A DNA stretch of 59,295 nt from a virus (IMGVR_UViG_3300031963_000162:1-59295); one strand, 5' to 3'. Numbered from the stretch's first letter, positions 45,551-55,130 are shown. A program made the numbers and translations. Notes: generated by a model from the sequence alone, not told the origin.

Positions 45551-46141
45551 ATGCCATACAAGCATGATGTATGCGGCATTTACAAGATAGTTAACGCTGC
45601 GACAGGGCAGTGCTATGTCGGCCAGTCGCAACGGGTTAAAAAACGATTAAGGGAACACTTCAGGCTGTTACGAAATAACAAACACCCCAACTCTCACTTG
45701 CAAAACGCGTTTAACAAATACGGTCTCTCTAGTTTTTATGGGTCTATTGAAATAGAGTGTAAGGACTTGAGCGAGTTGGACCAGTTGGAAGAAGCCTTCT
45801 TAAAAAATGATGCGTGGTTTGAAGAAAAGACGGTCTACAATGTTGCAGACTTTGCCAAGGCTCCGATGCGTGGTAAAACGCATAGTGAAGAGGTAAGGGA
45901 AAAAATACGGCTGGGCAGGCGGGCTTCGACCTTTGATTACAAAAGCCCGGAATACCGAAAAACGCTGTCAGAAGCACAAATGGCAAGGCTTCAGCAAGAC
46001 CCGAAATTCGTTGCAAAGCTGGGTTTTATTCTAAATAATCCAGAAATGTCTTACGCAGAACGTGCAAGACAACTTGGCGCAGACATCAGTTCTGTTCGAA
46101 AGCTTGCTATTAAGTATCAACATTTAAGAGGAACCATATAA
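45551..46141 (+). CDS. GIY-YIG homing endonuclease with NUMOD3-like motif (free-standing)
   Basis: CGIYKIVN......YVGQS.....R..EH...L....H.N.HLQNAFNKYG; GKTHSEEVREKI; SD AAGGAG; AT-rich relative to neighbours. Confidence 0.85.
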   Translation: MPYKHDVCGIYKIVNAATGQCYVGQSQRVKKRLREHFRLLRNNKHPNSHLQNAFNKYGLSSFYGSIEIECKDLSELDQLEEAFLKNDAWFEEKTVYNVADFAKAPMRGKTHSEEVREKIRLGRRASTFDYKSPEYRKTLSEAQMARLQQDPKFVAKLGFILNNPEMSYAERARQLGADISSVRKLAIKYQHLRGTI

Positions 46142-46482
46142 TGGCTCAGACACGCTTCTCAGGCCCAGTCGCATCTGACAACGGCTTCATCGGGGGCATC
46201 GGTGGAACATTTACCGCCGTACTCAAAACCTCGGCAACCATCGATTTCACCTCCCTTTCGGCTAACACCACAGCGGATTCCGCAAACATTACCGTGACCG
46301 GTGCTGCTGTAGGCGACCCTGTGATTGTTGGTGTTCCCGCAACGATTGCAGCTGGTCTTGTAATCACTGGTTACGTTTCTGCCACCGATACCGTCAAGGT
46401 TCGTGCGGCTAACGTCACTGCATCGCCTATTGATCCGGCTTCCGGTACGTATACGGTCACAGTGATCAAAGCAACCGCCTAA
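46141..46482 (+). CDS. Small virion structural protein
   Basis: MAQTRFSGPV.S.NGF start; ITVTGA.VGD.V beta domain. Confidence 0.6.
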   Translation: MAQTRFSGPVASDNGFIGGIGGTFTAVLKTSATIDFTSLSANTTADSANITVTGAAVGDPVIVGVPATIAAGLVITGYVSATDTVKVRAANVTASPIDPASGTYTVTVIKATA

Positions 46483-46494
46483 TAGGGGGGTCTC

Positions 46495-46800
46495 ATGAGC
46501 TTTGCAAGTGATATCTCGGCGGTAACGAAGACAACTTCGGATGACGCCATTAGCGGCAGGACACGTGTTCAAGGGGTGTACTACACCTGCAGTAACACTG
46601 CGTCGTCGTTTTCGCTAAAGAACGGAAGCACAAGTGGCGGTACGGCGTTGATCACGATTAACACTCCTGCTGCGGCAGGTGCAGTTGATTTGATCTTCCC
46701 AGACGACGGTATTCTTTTTTCAAGCGGCGTCTTTATTGACCTCGCAGATGCCGAAGTAAAAAGCGTCACGTTGTTGTTTGTGGGCGGCGCAGCTGTCTAA
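46495..46800 (+). CDS. Small beta-rich virion protein
   Basis: RTRVQG..., P.DGILF..GV pattern. Confidence 0.55.
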   Translation: MSFASDISAVTKTTSDDAISGRTRVQGVYYTCSNTASSFSLKNGSTSGGTALITINTPAAAGAVDLIFPDDGILFSSGVFIDLADAEVKSVTLLFVGGAAV

Positions 46801-46802
46801 CG

Positions 46803-47096
46803 ATGGCGACGAAAAAGTCCAAAGGAATGGGCATTGCTACTTCGGTGAAGTCGGGGAATTTTCGATCCACCAAGTCTGGAGCGGGCATGACGAAGCAAGG
46901 TGTTGCTGCTTATCGTCGTGCTAATCCGGGCAGCAAGCTCCAAACCGCTGTGACTGAAAGTAATCCATCGGGGGCGCGCGCGAAGCGTCGTAAGTCGTTT
47001 TGCGCACGTTCTGAGGGGCAGATGAAGATGTACCCAGAGGCAGCAAAGGACCCAAACAGCCGTATCCGCCAAGCGCGGCGTCGGTGGAAATGTTGA
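46803..47096 (+). CDS. Small basic protein (DUF6321-like)
   Basis: GMT..GV.AYR..NPGSKL, RRKSFCARS.G, KDPNSR...ARRRWKC. Confidence 0.6.
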   Translation: MATKKSKGMGIATSVKSGNFRSTKSGAGMTKQGVAAYRRANPGSKLQTAVTESNPSGARAKRRKSFCARSEGQMKMYPEAAKDPNSRIRQARRRWKC

Positions 47097-47106
47097 GGAG
47101 TATGCG

Positions 47107-47343
47107 GTGCAGCTAGTAGAGATTTGGAGTGCAGCATTAACGCTTCTTGTGGGTGTACTGGGTTACATCATGCATGAGAAGTTTAGTGAGCTTGCGCGCA
47201 TCACAATTTTGCTTAATCGCACTCGCGAGGAGATTGCTCGCGATACTGTGACAAAGGCAGAAGTAGATAAGATTACTGAGCATATCGACCAGCGATTCAA
47301 TCGTCTGGAAGAGAAGATTGATCGTTTAATAGAACGTCGATAG
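47107..47343 (+). CDS. Small membrane protein with coiled coil
   Basis: GTG start after GAGGAG; N-terminal TM, LLNRTREE.A...RF.RLEEKID. Confidence 0.55.
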   Translation: MQLVEIWSAALTLLVGVLGYIMHEKFSELARITILLNRTREEIARDTVTKAEVDKITEHIDQRFNRLEEKIDRLIERR

Positions 47344-47352
47344 GAGGTCAAA

Positions 47353-47589
47353 ATGTTGTCGAAAAAGATTGCGCAAGCAGTATCTAACGCTGTAAAGGGT
47401 AGACAAGGGGCAGACGCTCGCCCACGTCGTGGCATGAGCCTGATTGCCGATTTAGTGGCATCAAAGATTGCTAAGGGCAATGCTATGAAAAAAGGCGGCG
47501 CAGTAAAGAAGTCTTCTGACGCTATGGGTCGTGCTGTTAAGCGTAAAACTGCGGACGTAAAAGGCCGCGCTATGAAGAAAGGAAAGTAA
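47353..47589 (+). CDS. Small Lys/Arg-rich protein
   Basis: SD AGGAGG; contains MKKGGAVKK. Confidence 0.55.
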   Translation: MLSKKIAQAVSNAVKGRQGADARPRRGMSLIADLVASKIAKGNAMKKGGAVKKSSDAMGRAVKRKTADVKGRAMKKGK

Positions 47590-47591
47590 TC

Positions 47592-48062
47592 ATGGCTGGA
47601 CGTGGAATGGGTGCCGCTACCAAAGGCGGCGGTGCAGTAGAAAAAGGTCCTCGCAACAAGATGCTGTCGAAGACTAGCCAGACCTCGGGTCCAATCATGA
47701 TGGCTGAAGGTGGCGCAGTAGGTCGCATGGCAAGAGGGATCGCAGGAGAATATGCAGGTGGCGTTAAAAAGGTCATGGAAGACGTAAACCGCATTGTAGG
47801 AACTGAAAGCGGTAAAAGAAAAGACCGAGAAGTAGAAGCAAAAGCACGAGAAGGAATTAATCTCGAAAAAGAATTTGATAAAAAGCGCCAAAGAGAAGAA
47901 GCTTCTCGCTATGCCAAAGGTGGTGCTGTGAATCAGCACAAGCGCATGGCAATGGGCGAAGCTCCTGTCAAGATGATGGGCGGCGGCATGATGAAGAAGG
48001 GCTATGCTGCTGGTGGCGCAGTCAAGAAGAAGATGATGGCGAGTGGCGGCAAAGGCCGTTAA
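47592..48062 (+). CDS. Basic Gly/Met/Lys-rich protein with repeated xAxGG motifs
   Basis: RGMGAATKGG, MAEGGAV, YAKGGAV, MMGGGMM, YAAGGAV, MASGG. Confidence 0.6.
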   Translation: MAGRGMGAATKGGGAVEKGPRNKMLSKTSQTSGPIMMAEGGAVGRMARGIAGEYAGGVKKVMEDVNRIVGTESGKRKDREVEAKAREGINLEKEFDKKRQREEASRYAKGGAVNQHKRMAMGEAPVKMMGGGMMKKGYAAGGAVKKKMMASGGKGR

Positions 48063-48730
48063 TGGCGTATCTGATCAGTAATATCCCGTACTTCAAGTGC
48101 TGGGTGAGACGTGAATTTACTCACATGCATCAGAAGTACCATGGTGAATACTTGCATGCGATGGCGATTGCGGTAAACACCATGCCTGACCGCTGTTTGA
48201 GCTTCCAACTAGTTTTTACAGGTTGTGAGAGCGATGCAGATGGATCAGAAAATGTGCATGGCGGTGCCATGTGGGCGAGGATGCCGATCACGGCGTTAGT
48301 TGGGGACATTCGGTTGGATGAGTGGCCCGAACGGATGCCAACGCATCTTGCGCAACCATGGGACTGCCCTTCGCATCATCACACAGTAGTCAAGTTTGCC
48401 CGCACAGGCCCGAGTCCGTGGTTGTGCAAGATAGCAGGTGAGTTTTACACGGGGCGCTACTTGTTTACGGTGGATTATGCGGAGAGCGAGATCGCTGATT
48501 GTCCGGCGCAACACAAACAAAGCCATGTGTTGGTGCTGACCGATGCGGGCAAGTGGACCGGGAACATTGTGGCTTTGCCAAATAACCGTGTTCGTGTGAC
48601 AAGTCCTGCTTATTGGGAGACTGGAAACGGCGCTCCTGATTTTAGACCGAGCCAGTGGATTCACTGTGCTGAGCAGGATGATAGTTACATGGACCCCGAT
48701 GTGACGTTTGATAACTTGTACAAAGAGTAA
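48062..48730 (+). CDS. Conserved phage hypothetical protein
   Basis: NIPYFKCWVR.EF, GAMWARMPITAL, QPWDC.S, YLFTVD, QHKQSH, ALPNNR; many conserved His/Cys. Confidence 0.6.
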   Translation: MAYLISNIPYFKCWVRREFTHMHQKYHGEYLHAMAIAVNTMPDRCLSFQLVFTGCESDADGSENVHGGAMWARMPITALVGDIRLDEWPERMPTHLAQPWDCPSHHHTVVKFARTGPSPWLCKIAGEFYTGRYLFTVDYAESEIADCPAQHKQSHVLVLTDAGKWTGNIVALPNNRVRVTSPAYWETGNGAPDFRPSQWIHCAEQDDSYMDPDVTFDNLYKE

Positions 48731-49395
48731 TGGCTACTTCCGGTACAACAGTTTTTGACCTACAAATCGACGACTTGGTCGAGGAGGCGTTTGAGCGTTT
48801 GGGCATGCAAATGACCAACGGCAAACAGCTTTCGACCGCTCGTCGATCCTTGAACTTGATGTTCTTGGAATGGGCTAACCGTGGGCTGAACCTGTGGACC
48901 ATTGAACTAGCGACATACAACCTTGTACAAGGGGATACAGAAATATCTTTGCCGACTGATACGGTTAACGTGTTGTCAGCAGTGATCCGTCTGACTGGAC
49001 AGACGCCTGCAACCGACATCATCATTGAGCGCATCAGCCGTGCGGAGTATTTGAACGTGCCGGATAAGACTACGCAGGCGCAACCTGCGCAGTATTACGT
49101 CCAGCGCACCAATGTACCGAAGGTGTTTTTGTATCCTACGCCGGACCAGAATTACCAGTTGCGGTATTACCGCATTCGTCGTATGCAGGATGCAGGGGAT
49201 TACACCAACACGGCAGACGTGAACTTCAGGTTCTTGCCATGCTTGGCAGCAGGTTTATCGTATTACTTATCGTTGAAGTACGCGCCTGAGCGCACGGTCA
49301 TGATGAAGCAGCTGTACGAAGAAGAGTTTGCACGTGCGGCGGCAGAGGATCGAGATACTGCTAGTGCGTATTTTGTTCCTGAGGTAGGGGCGTAG
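48730..49395 (+). CDS. Head-to-tail adaptor protein
   Basis: MATSGT..FDL....VEEAFER.G, ARRSLNL...EWANRG.NLW, P.QYY, YP.PD, RFLPCL.AGL.YY. Confidence 0.7.
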   Translation: MATSGTTVFDLQIDDLVEEAFERLGMQMTNGKQLSTARRSLNLMFLEWANRGLNLWTIELATYNLVQGDTEISLPTDTVNVLSAVIRLTGQTPATDIIIERISRAEYLNVPDKTTQAQPAQYYVQRTNVPKVFLYPTPDQNYQLRYYRIRRMQDAGDYTNTADVNFRFLPCLAAGLSYYLSLKYAPERTVMMKQLYEEEFARAAAEDRDTASAYFVPEVGA

Positions 49396-49396
49396 T

Positions 49397-49756
49397 GTGG
49401 CATTTGCTACAGGCAAATTTTCGTTCGGGTTGTGTGACTACTGTGGTCAGCGCTACCCGTACAATGTATTAAAGAAGAACTGGCGTGGGTTTAAGGTTTG
49501 TCCTGACGATTACGAGCCGAAGGAACCGCAGTTGGAGCCGCTTCGTTATAAAGGCGATGCGATTGCGATACAGGAGCCAAGGCCAGATCGTCTTGAACCT
49601 ACGACAGTGTTTGTCGGAATGCCTGCGGATTCGGCGTTTCAAAGTAGGGGCAGTATTTATGCTGCGCAGAACATTACGGACATGCGTCCTTATCCGCTTC
49701 AGGCTCCGCCAGTGGGGTATGGAGCGGTAGGGGCGGTAACAATAGCGATAACTTAG
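49397..49756 (+). CDS. Zn-ribbon virion-region protein
   Basis: GTG start; CDYCG.RY, W.G.KVCP.DYEPKEPQL, RPD. Confidence 0.55.
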   Translation: MAFATGKFSFGLCDYCGQRYPYNVLKKNWRGFKVCPDDYEPKEPQLEPLRYKGDAIAIQEPRPDRLEPTTVFVGMPADSAFQSRGSIYAAQNITDMRPYPLQAPPVGYGAVGAVTIAIT

Positions 49757-49758
49757 CC

Positions 49759-50418
49759 ATGACTTACGACGAACTGGTTACCAACATCAGGAACTACACC
49801 GAGGTCGGGAGCAATGTCTTCACGAACGCGGTGATCAATACGTTCATTACGATGGCGGAGAACCGGATTCTTCGTGACATCGATTTGGATGTCTTCAAGA
49901 AGGAAGTCAGTGGCACGATGACTTCGGGCAATAAGTTCTTGTCCACGCCTACAGACATCTTGACGCACCGTTATCTGATGTTGACGGATGCGAGCAACAA
50001 CCAGCTTTTCCTTGATTTCCGCGATACGTCCTTCATGAAGGAGTACTGGCCGGATGGTTCCGATACAGGGACACCGAAGTACTACTCGGTTTGGGATCAA
50101 AACACTTTTTATGTTGCTCCGACACCGGGCTCAGCCTTTGCGGTTGAGCTTGGCTATATCTATCGTCCAGCGCAGTTGTCTTCCACAAACCCGAATACGT
50201 GGGTGAGTGACAACGCACCAGAGGCTCTTTTGTATGCTTGCTTGGTGCAGGCTTACAGCTATACAAAAGGTCCTACGGATATGCTGGGTTACTTTGAGAA
50301 TAGCTACAAACAGGCGCTGCAGGGTCTGGGTATCGAGCAGCAGGGTCGCCGTCGTCGTGATGAATACAGAGACGGCATGATACGTTTGAAAGTTAAATCG
50401 GAGTCACCCGGACCATGA
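49759..50418 (+). CDS. Second adaptor / tail tubular protein A-like
   Basis: MTY.EL...I..Y.E, FI..AE.RI.R, GTPKYY, APTP, W...NAPEALLYACL..AY. Confidence 0.7.
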   Translation: MTYDELVTNIRNYTEVGSNVFTNAVINTFITMAENRILRDIDLDVFKKEVSGTMTSGNKFLSTPTDILTHRYLMLTDASNNQLFLDFRDTSFMKEYWPDGSDTGTPKYYSVWDQNTFYVAPTPGSAFAVELGYIYRPAQLSSTNPNTWVSDNAPEALLYACLVQAYSYTKGPTDMLGYFENSYKQALQGLGIEQQGRRRRDEYRDGMIRLKVKSESPGP

Positions 50419-50696
50419 TAGGCGGCGGCGTACTACTAGGCGACATCAAGGCGGTTATGGTTTCTGGACGTGGATTCACGCCAGAAGAAGTAGCCGAGAT
50501 GGCGTTGGAAAAGATTGTTTATATTGGGGAAGGTTCCCACCCTGTCATTCGTGAACAGGCGGAAGCTTTTAAAACCCAAATACGTGCGGTATTGGTGAGA
50601 TACATGCGGCAAGCCGTTGCATCTCACAACACCACGCTTGCAAACCGCCTTCGCGAAGCGGGGCACCCTGAGCTTATAAAACTTTTGGAGGATTGA
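50415..50696 (+). CDS. Conserved hypothetical protein
   Basis: RGFTPEE.A..A..KI, HP.IR.QA.AF. Confidence 0.55.
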   Translation: MIGGGVLLGDIKAVMVSGRGFTPEEVAEMALEKIVYIGEGSHPVIREQAEAFKTQIRAVLVRYMRQAVASHNTTLANRLREAGHPELIKLLED

Positions 50697-50697
50697 T

Positions 50698-51162
50698 ATG
50701 CCTATCTCTGTAACCACTGCCATGCCTACCTCGTTCAAGGTAGAGATTCTGCGGGCAGTTCACAACTTTACCGCTTCCACGGGCAATACCTTCAAGATTG
50801 CTTTGATGAAAGCAACTGCAGTAGGTTCGGGCACCTATGGTGCGGCAACGACCAGCTACACCGATTTGACTGGTAACTCGGATGAGTTGCCTAACGGTAG
50901 TGGCTATACCACGGGTGGTAACACGTTGGTTTCTGTCACGCCTGTAGCGGATGGCACCACAGCGGTCTGCGACTTTGACAACACCACGTGGTCCACTGCG
51001 ACGTTTACAACATGCGGCGCGATTATCTATAACGACACTGCAGCGGGTGATCCAGCTTGCGCGGTATTGAGCTTTGGTGGTGACCAGCAGGTGAGTTCGG
51101 GTGACTTCCAGATTCAGTTCCCAGCACCAGCTGCTGCTACTGCCATTATTCGCATTGCCTGA
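50698..51162 (+). CDS. Tail structural protein
   Basis: SFKVEIL...HNF, FKIAL, GYT.GG.TL, GA.IYN, VL.FG.D, F.IQFP...AIIRIA. Confidence 0.65.
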   Translation: MPISVTTAMPTSFKVEILRAVHNFTASTGNTFKIALMKATAVGSGTYGAATTSYTDLTGNSDELPNGSGYTTGGNTLVSVTPVADGTTAVCDFDNTTWSTATFTTCGAIIYNDTAAGDPACAVLSFGGDQQVSSGDFQIQFPAPAAATAIIRIA

Positions 51163-51175
51163 GTAAGGAAAAAAT

Positions 51176-52447
51176 GTGTCCGTACCTGCAGCGGCTTGGG
51201 GCGATGATGGCTGGGGCGACTCCTCGTGGAGCGGCTTGCCTATCTCTGCAAACGGCTGGGGTGCGGATGCGTGGGGCGACAACGGCTGGGGCGGATTCGT
51301 CTCTGGCACTGTTGTCAGCGTCACTGGCGTTGAGGGCACAGGGCAGGTAGGAACAGTTACCCCGGTTGTCCTCTATGCCGTAAGTGGCGTAGCGGCGACG
51401 GGGGCGGTAGGATCGGTAGGACTGGTTGTTGGTGACACGGTCATCCCGGTTGGGGTGGTGGGCACCGGAGCGATAGGCACAGTTGCTGTAGCGGTTGTAG
51501 AGACGGTAACTGGGGTATCGGGTAGTGGTAGTGCAGGAACGGTAGTACCAAGCGTCATTGAGCGCGTTACCGGGGTTGTCGGCACGGGGGCGGTAGGAAC
51601 GGTCGCTAAGGCGATTTCTTACACGGTCACGGGGGTCGCGGGCACGGGCGCGGTGGGGACGAGTGTTCCGGTAGTACGTCCAACGGTGGTAGGTGTTAGT
51701 GCCGCCGGGGCGGTTGGAACGGTCTCGATTTCGGTGACGGATGCGGTTATCCCCACGGGGGTATCTGGCACGGGCGCGGTGGGCAATGTTGTTCCGCTGG
51801 TTCGTTATGGGGTTACTGGGGTATCGGCTACGGGGGCGGTTGGCACTGTAGCGGTTACTTCGAAAGTGGTCCCAACAGGGGTTGTTGGCACTGGTAATGT
51901 AGGCACCGTAAGTATTATCATCGGTGTAGTTTTCAATGTTACGGGTGTTGAAGGAACGGGTGCAGTTTCTGCTCCTACGCCGAAGATAAGCTATGTACCA
52001 AGTGGGGTACAGGGGCTGGGTGACGCGGGGCAGGTAGCGTTCCAAATTAGCAGTAATGTGACGCCGGTTGGGGTTGAGGGCGTTGGTGAAGTTGGTCAGG
52101 TTACTCCGTCGTATGACATCGATGTACCGGTTGTCGGCGTTGAAGGAACGGGCCAAGTAAACGATGTAAACGCTTTTGTCGTTAAGAAGGTATTCCCGGT
52201 AGGCGTAGAGGGAACCGGCTTGATGGGAACGGCGACAGTCCGTGTGGATAACACGGAGGTAGTCACCGGGGTAGGGGCGACAGGTGCGGTTGGTACGATT
52301 GCGTTCTTGAAGTGGTCGTTGATTGATGATTCGCAGACAGCCGACTGGAACGCAGTGAACGATGGGCAGGTAACGACGTGGACGGTAGTCAGCGATTCCC
52401 AGTCGCCAAACTGGGTAACGGTGGATGACACGCAACAAGCGGCATAA
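51176..52447 (+). CDS. Val/Gly/Thr repeat tail (fibre shaft-like) protein
   Basis: N-terminal WG..GWG repeats then many VTGV.GTGAVGTV repeats; C-terminal W..V.D.Q repeats. Confidence 0.65.
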   Translation: MSVPAAAWGDDGWGDSSWSGLPISANGWGADAWGDNGWGGFVSGTVVSVTGVEGTGQVGTVTPVVLYAVSGVAATGAVGSVGLVVGDTVIPVGVVGTGAIGTVAVAVVETVTGVSGSGSAGTVVPSVIERVTGVVGTGAVGTVAKAISYTVTGVAGTGAVGTSVPVVRPTVVGVSAAGAVGTVSISVTDAVIPTGVSGTGAVGNVVPLVRYGVTGVSATGAVGTVAVTSKVVPTGVVGTGNVGTVSIIIGVVFNVTGVEGTGAVSAPTPKISYVPSGVQGLGDAGQVAFQISSNVTPVGVEGVGEVGQVTPSYDIDVPVVGVEGTGQVNDVNAFVVKKVFPVGVEGTGLMGTATVRVDNTEVVTGVGATGAVGTIAFLKWSLIDDSQTADWNAVNDGQVTTWTVVSDSQSPNWVTVDDTQQAA

Positions 52448-52456
52448 GGAAAGATC

Positions 52457-53809
52457 ATGGCAAGTACATTTAGTACCTTAAAGATTGAGCTTATTGGTGA
52501 TGGTGAACAGTCCGGCACATGGGGCAACACCACCAACAATAACTGGGGTAGCTCGAGTGCGGGATCGCGAGGCCTCGAACAGGCCGTTGTGGGCATGGCG
52601 ACGCTGGAGACAGCGGACTTCTCGGCCAATGCGTACACCATGCCGTATGCAGACTCCAACGCTGCTCAGGACTTCCGTGCGTTCGTGCTGAACATCACCG
52701 CGACGTTGTCGGGCGCGGGCACGGTCACAGTGCCTGCGATTGAGAAGCCTTATTTGGTCTTCAATAACTCGGTAGGTGGTTTTGATGTCACGGTAAAAGT
52801 GGCGGGCCAGACTGGCGTTACGGTGCCAAATGGTAGACGAGTTCTTGTCTATAACAACGGCACGGATGTCGGCGAGACGATCAACTTCTTGTCCTCGTTG
52901 CAGTTGGGTGGAAACCTGAAGATGCCAAGTGCGTCTTCGGTGATTGACGCGAACAACAACGAGTTGATTAAGTTTCCTTCGACGGTGGCGTCGGCAGTTA
53001 ACGAGGTAACGATCACCAACGCTGCGACGGGTTCGGGTCCTGCGATTCAGGCCACTGGTAACGACACCAACATCGATTTGAACTTTACGCCCAAGGGCAC
53101 GGGCAACATCATCTTTACCGCGAACAATGTGCGGGTTGCGAGTGCGGCGTCGATTCTGGACTCGAACAACAACGAGTTGATCAAGTTCCCTTCGGCGGTG
53201 GGCTCTGCGATCAACGAAGTCACGATCACGAATGCGGCGACAGGCGCGGGTCCGGCGATTCAAGCGTCGGGCGGTGACACAAACATTGACTTGAACTTCA
53301 CGCCAAAGGGCAGCGGCAGCGTGGTTGTGTCCACGGGCAGTCTTGCGCTGACGACGGGTAACTTGCGGTTGTCGTCGGGTGCGTCGGTGGTGGACGCTAA
53401 TAGCAACGAGTTGATCAAATTCCCTGCAACGGTTGCGTCAGCGGTGAACGAAGTCACTATCAGTAACGCAGCGACAGGGTCGAATCCTAGCATTGCGGCC
53501 ACAGGTGGCGACACGAACATCAGCTTGTCGTTTGCTGCCAAGGGCACGGGCGCGTACAACTTCGCGGGCACGGCGGATACGGCAGCAGAGATTCGGTGGT
53601 TTGAGGATTCAGACAACGGCAGTAACTACGTGTCGTTCAAAGCGCCTGCGACGATTGCCACTAACGTGGCATGGACACTGCCTGCTGCGGATGGTACAAC
53701 GGGTCAAGTGCTTTCGACTGACGGCTCGGGAACGCTGTCGTGGTCTACGAGTAGCGGTGGTATCTCAACTGGTAAGGCCATTGCGATGGCTATGATCTTC
53801 GGATTCTAA
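52457..53809 (+). CDS. Tail fibre protein with three internal repeats
   Basis: MASTFS.LKIEL...GEQSGTWG.TTN.N anchor; three D.N.NELIKFP...AVNEVTITNAATG..P.I.A.G.DTNI.L...KG.G repeats; LPAADGT.GQVLSTDGSG.LSW; ends GKAIAMAMIFG. Confidence 0.75.
   Translation: MASTFSTLKIELIGDGEQSGTWGNTTNNNWGSSSAGSRGLEQAVVGMATLETADFSANAYTMPYADSNAAQDFRAFVLNITATLSGAGTVTVPAIEKPYLVFNNSVGGFDVTVKVAGQTGVTVPNGRRVLVYNNGTDVGETINFLSSLQLGGNLKMPSASSVIDANNNELIKFPSTVASAVNEVTITNAATGSGPAIQATGNDTNIDLNFTPKGTGNIIFTANNVRVASAASILDSNNNELIKFPSAVGSAINEVTITNAATGAGPAIQASGGDTNIDLNFTPKGSGSVVVSTGSLALTTGNLRLSSGASVVDANSNELIKFPATVASAVNEVTISNAATGSNPSIAATGGDTNISLSFAAKGTGAYNFAGTADTAAEIRWFEDSDNGSNYVSFKAPATIATNVAWTLPAADGTTGQVLSTDGSGTLSWSTSSGGISTGKAIAMAMIFGF
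52931..53552 (+). repeat. Three diverged in-frame repeats in tail fibre gene
   Basis: CAACGAGTTGAT core present in copies starting near 52931, 53144 and 53381. Confidence 0.75.
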
Positions 53810-53821
53810 GGAGTTTCTAAA

Positions 53822-54229
53822 ATGGCAAACCCGAACATTGTCAACGTAGTAAGTATTTTTGGGAATACTGCTTACGTTATCCCTTCCTCGGCGGCGACTG
53901 CGACGACCTCGTGGACGTTCAATGGTACGACTTCACTAACGGGTCTGACGCCCGCAGCGAACACGGTCAACCGTGTCACGTCCATCACTGCGTCGAATAC
54001 AACATCATCTGCTGCAACCGCTACGATTGCAGTCGGTAACAACGCGACGTTTGGCTCGGCGACGGTGATTGCTTATCCGGCGTTCCAGATCAGCGTTCCC
54101 CCGAATGCGACCTTGGTGATTGTGGACAAGACGAACTCTCTGTATATCACTGAGAATCAGTCGGTAGCTGCATTCAGCGGTACAGCAAGCGCCCTGACGT
54201 TCACGGCTACCTTCGAAGCGATTACCTAA
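53822..54229 (+). CDS. Small tail-associated protein
   Basis: MANPNIVNV..I.G.T, ISVP.NATLVI.DK...LY..E. Confidence 0.6.
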   Translation: MANPNIVNVVSIFGNTAYVIPSSAATATTSWTFNGTTSLTGLTPAANTVNRVTSITASNTTSSAATATIAVGNNATFGSATVIAYPAFQISVPPNATLVIVDKTNSLYITENQSVAAFSGTASALTFTATFEAIT

Positions 54230-54239
54230 TAGGTGAGTT

Positions 54240-55130
54240 ATGGGGGGATTTCGTTATCCCGGCGGTTTCATCAGCGCCTCGTACAACCCGGCTGCGGCGA
54301 ACGTCATACAAGGTACGATTTTGGTGAATTACCTTGTGGTTGCTGGCGGCGGTGGCGGCGGTAGTTCAGGTGCTGGTGGCGGTGGTGGATTTAGAACTGG
54401 ATCAGACGCAGCCTTAACTACTGGTACTGAACTCGTAATTACTGTCGGCGCAGGGGGTAGCGGCCTCAATGGCGCTAGAACCAATGGCGTCAACTCCTCT
54501 ATCGTCGGCGGTGCTGTATCTCCGTTTGTATCGCCCGGACTTGTATCGGCGGGCGGTGGCGTTGGTGGCGCAGGGAATAACACCGCAGGCGGTGATGGTG
54601 GATCAGGCGGCGGTGGTAGTTATGGCGCAGGTGCCGGAAGGCTTGGTGGTCCCGGGGGCGCTGGTAACACTCCTAGTGTATCGCCTTCTCAGGGTAATGC
54701 AGGCGGTGCAGGTGCCGAGGCTACTTACGCTTACCGAGGCGGCGGGGGTGGTGGTGCAGGCGCTGTTGGTGGGGCGTCTTCCGCAGGCGGGAATGGCGGT
54801 GCGGGTGCAGCGTCTTCAATAAGCGGTGCTTCAGTAACTTATGCTGGCGGCGGCGGTGCGGGGGGAGGTTCTGTTGCAGGTACTGGCGGTGCTGGCGGCG
54901 GCGGTAATGGCGCAACAAGTGGAGCAGGTGCATCGGGAACGGCTAATACAGGTGGTGGCGCGGGCGGTGCAGATGCTGGTGGCAGTACAACCAGTGGTAA
55001 CGGGGGTTCTGGCATTGTCATCATTAGCGCGACTTCTACCGCTCAATATGTTAAGGGTTCCCCAACGATTACCACTTCTGGTGGCAGAATCATTTACACA
55101 TTCACCGCGTCTGGCGCGATTATGTTCTGA
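54240..55130 (+). CDS. Glycine-rich tail fibre / adhesin-like protein
   Basis: YLVVAGGGGG, ITVGAGG, SPSQGN.GG, TYAGGGG, ANTGGG.GG, GGSGIVII; polyglycine domain. Confidence 0.7.
   Translation: MGGFRYPGGFISASYNPAAANVIQGTILVNYLVVAGGGGGGSSGAGGGGGFRTGSDAALTTGTELVITVGAGGSGLNGARTNGVNSSIVGGAVSPFVSPGLVSAGGGVGGAGNNTAGGDGGSGGGGSYGAGAGRLGGPGGAGNTPSVSPSQGNAGGAGAEATYAYRGGGGGGAGAVGGASSAGGNGGAGAASSISGASVTYAGGGGAGGGSVAGTGGAGGGGNGATSGAGASGTANTGGGAGGADAGGSTTSGNGGSGIVIISATSTAQYVKGSPTITTSGGRIIYTFTASGAIMF

Noticed and set aside
51146-53263. Long antisense ORFs (430 aa and 261 aa) opposite tail genes
   Set aside because: Mirror of repetitive Val/Gly/Thr codons; not independent genes.
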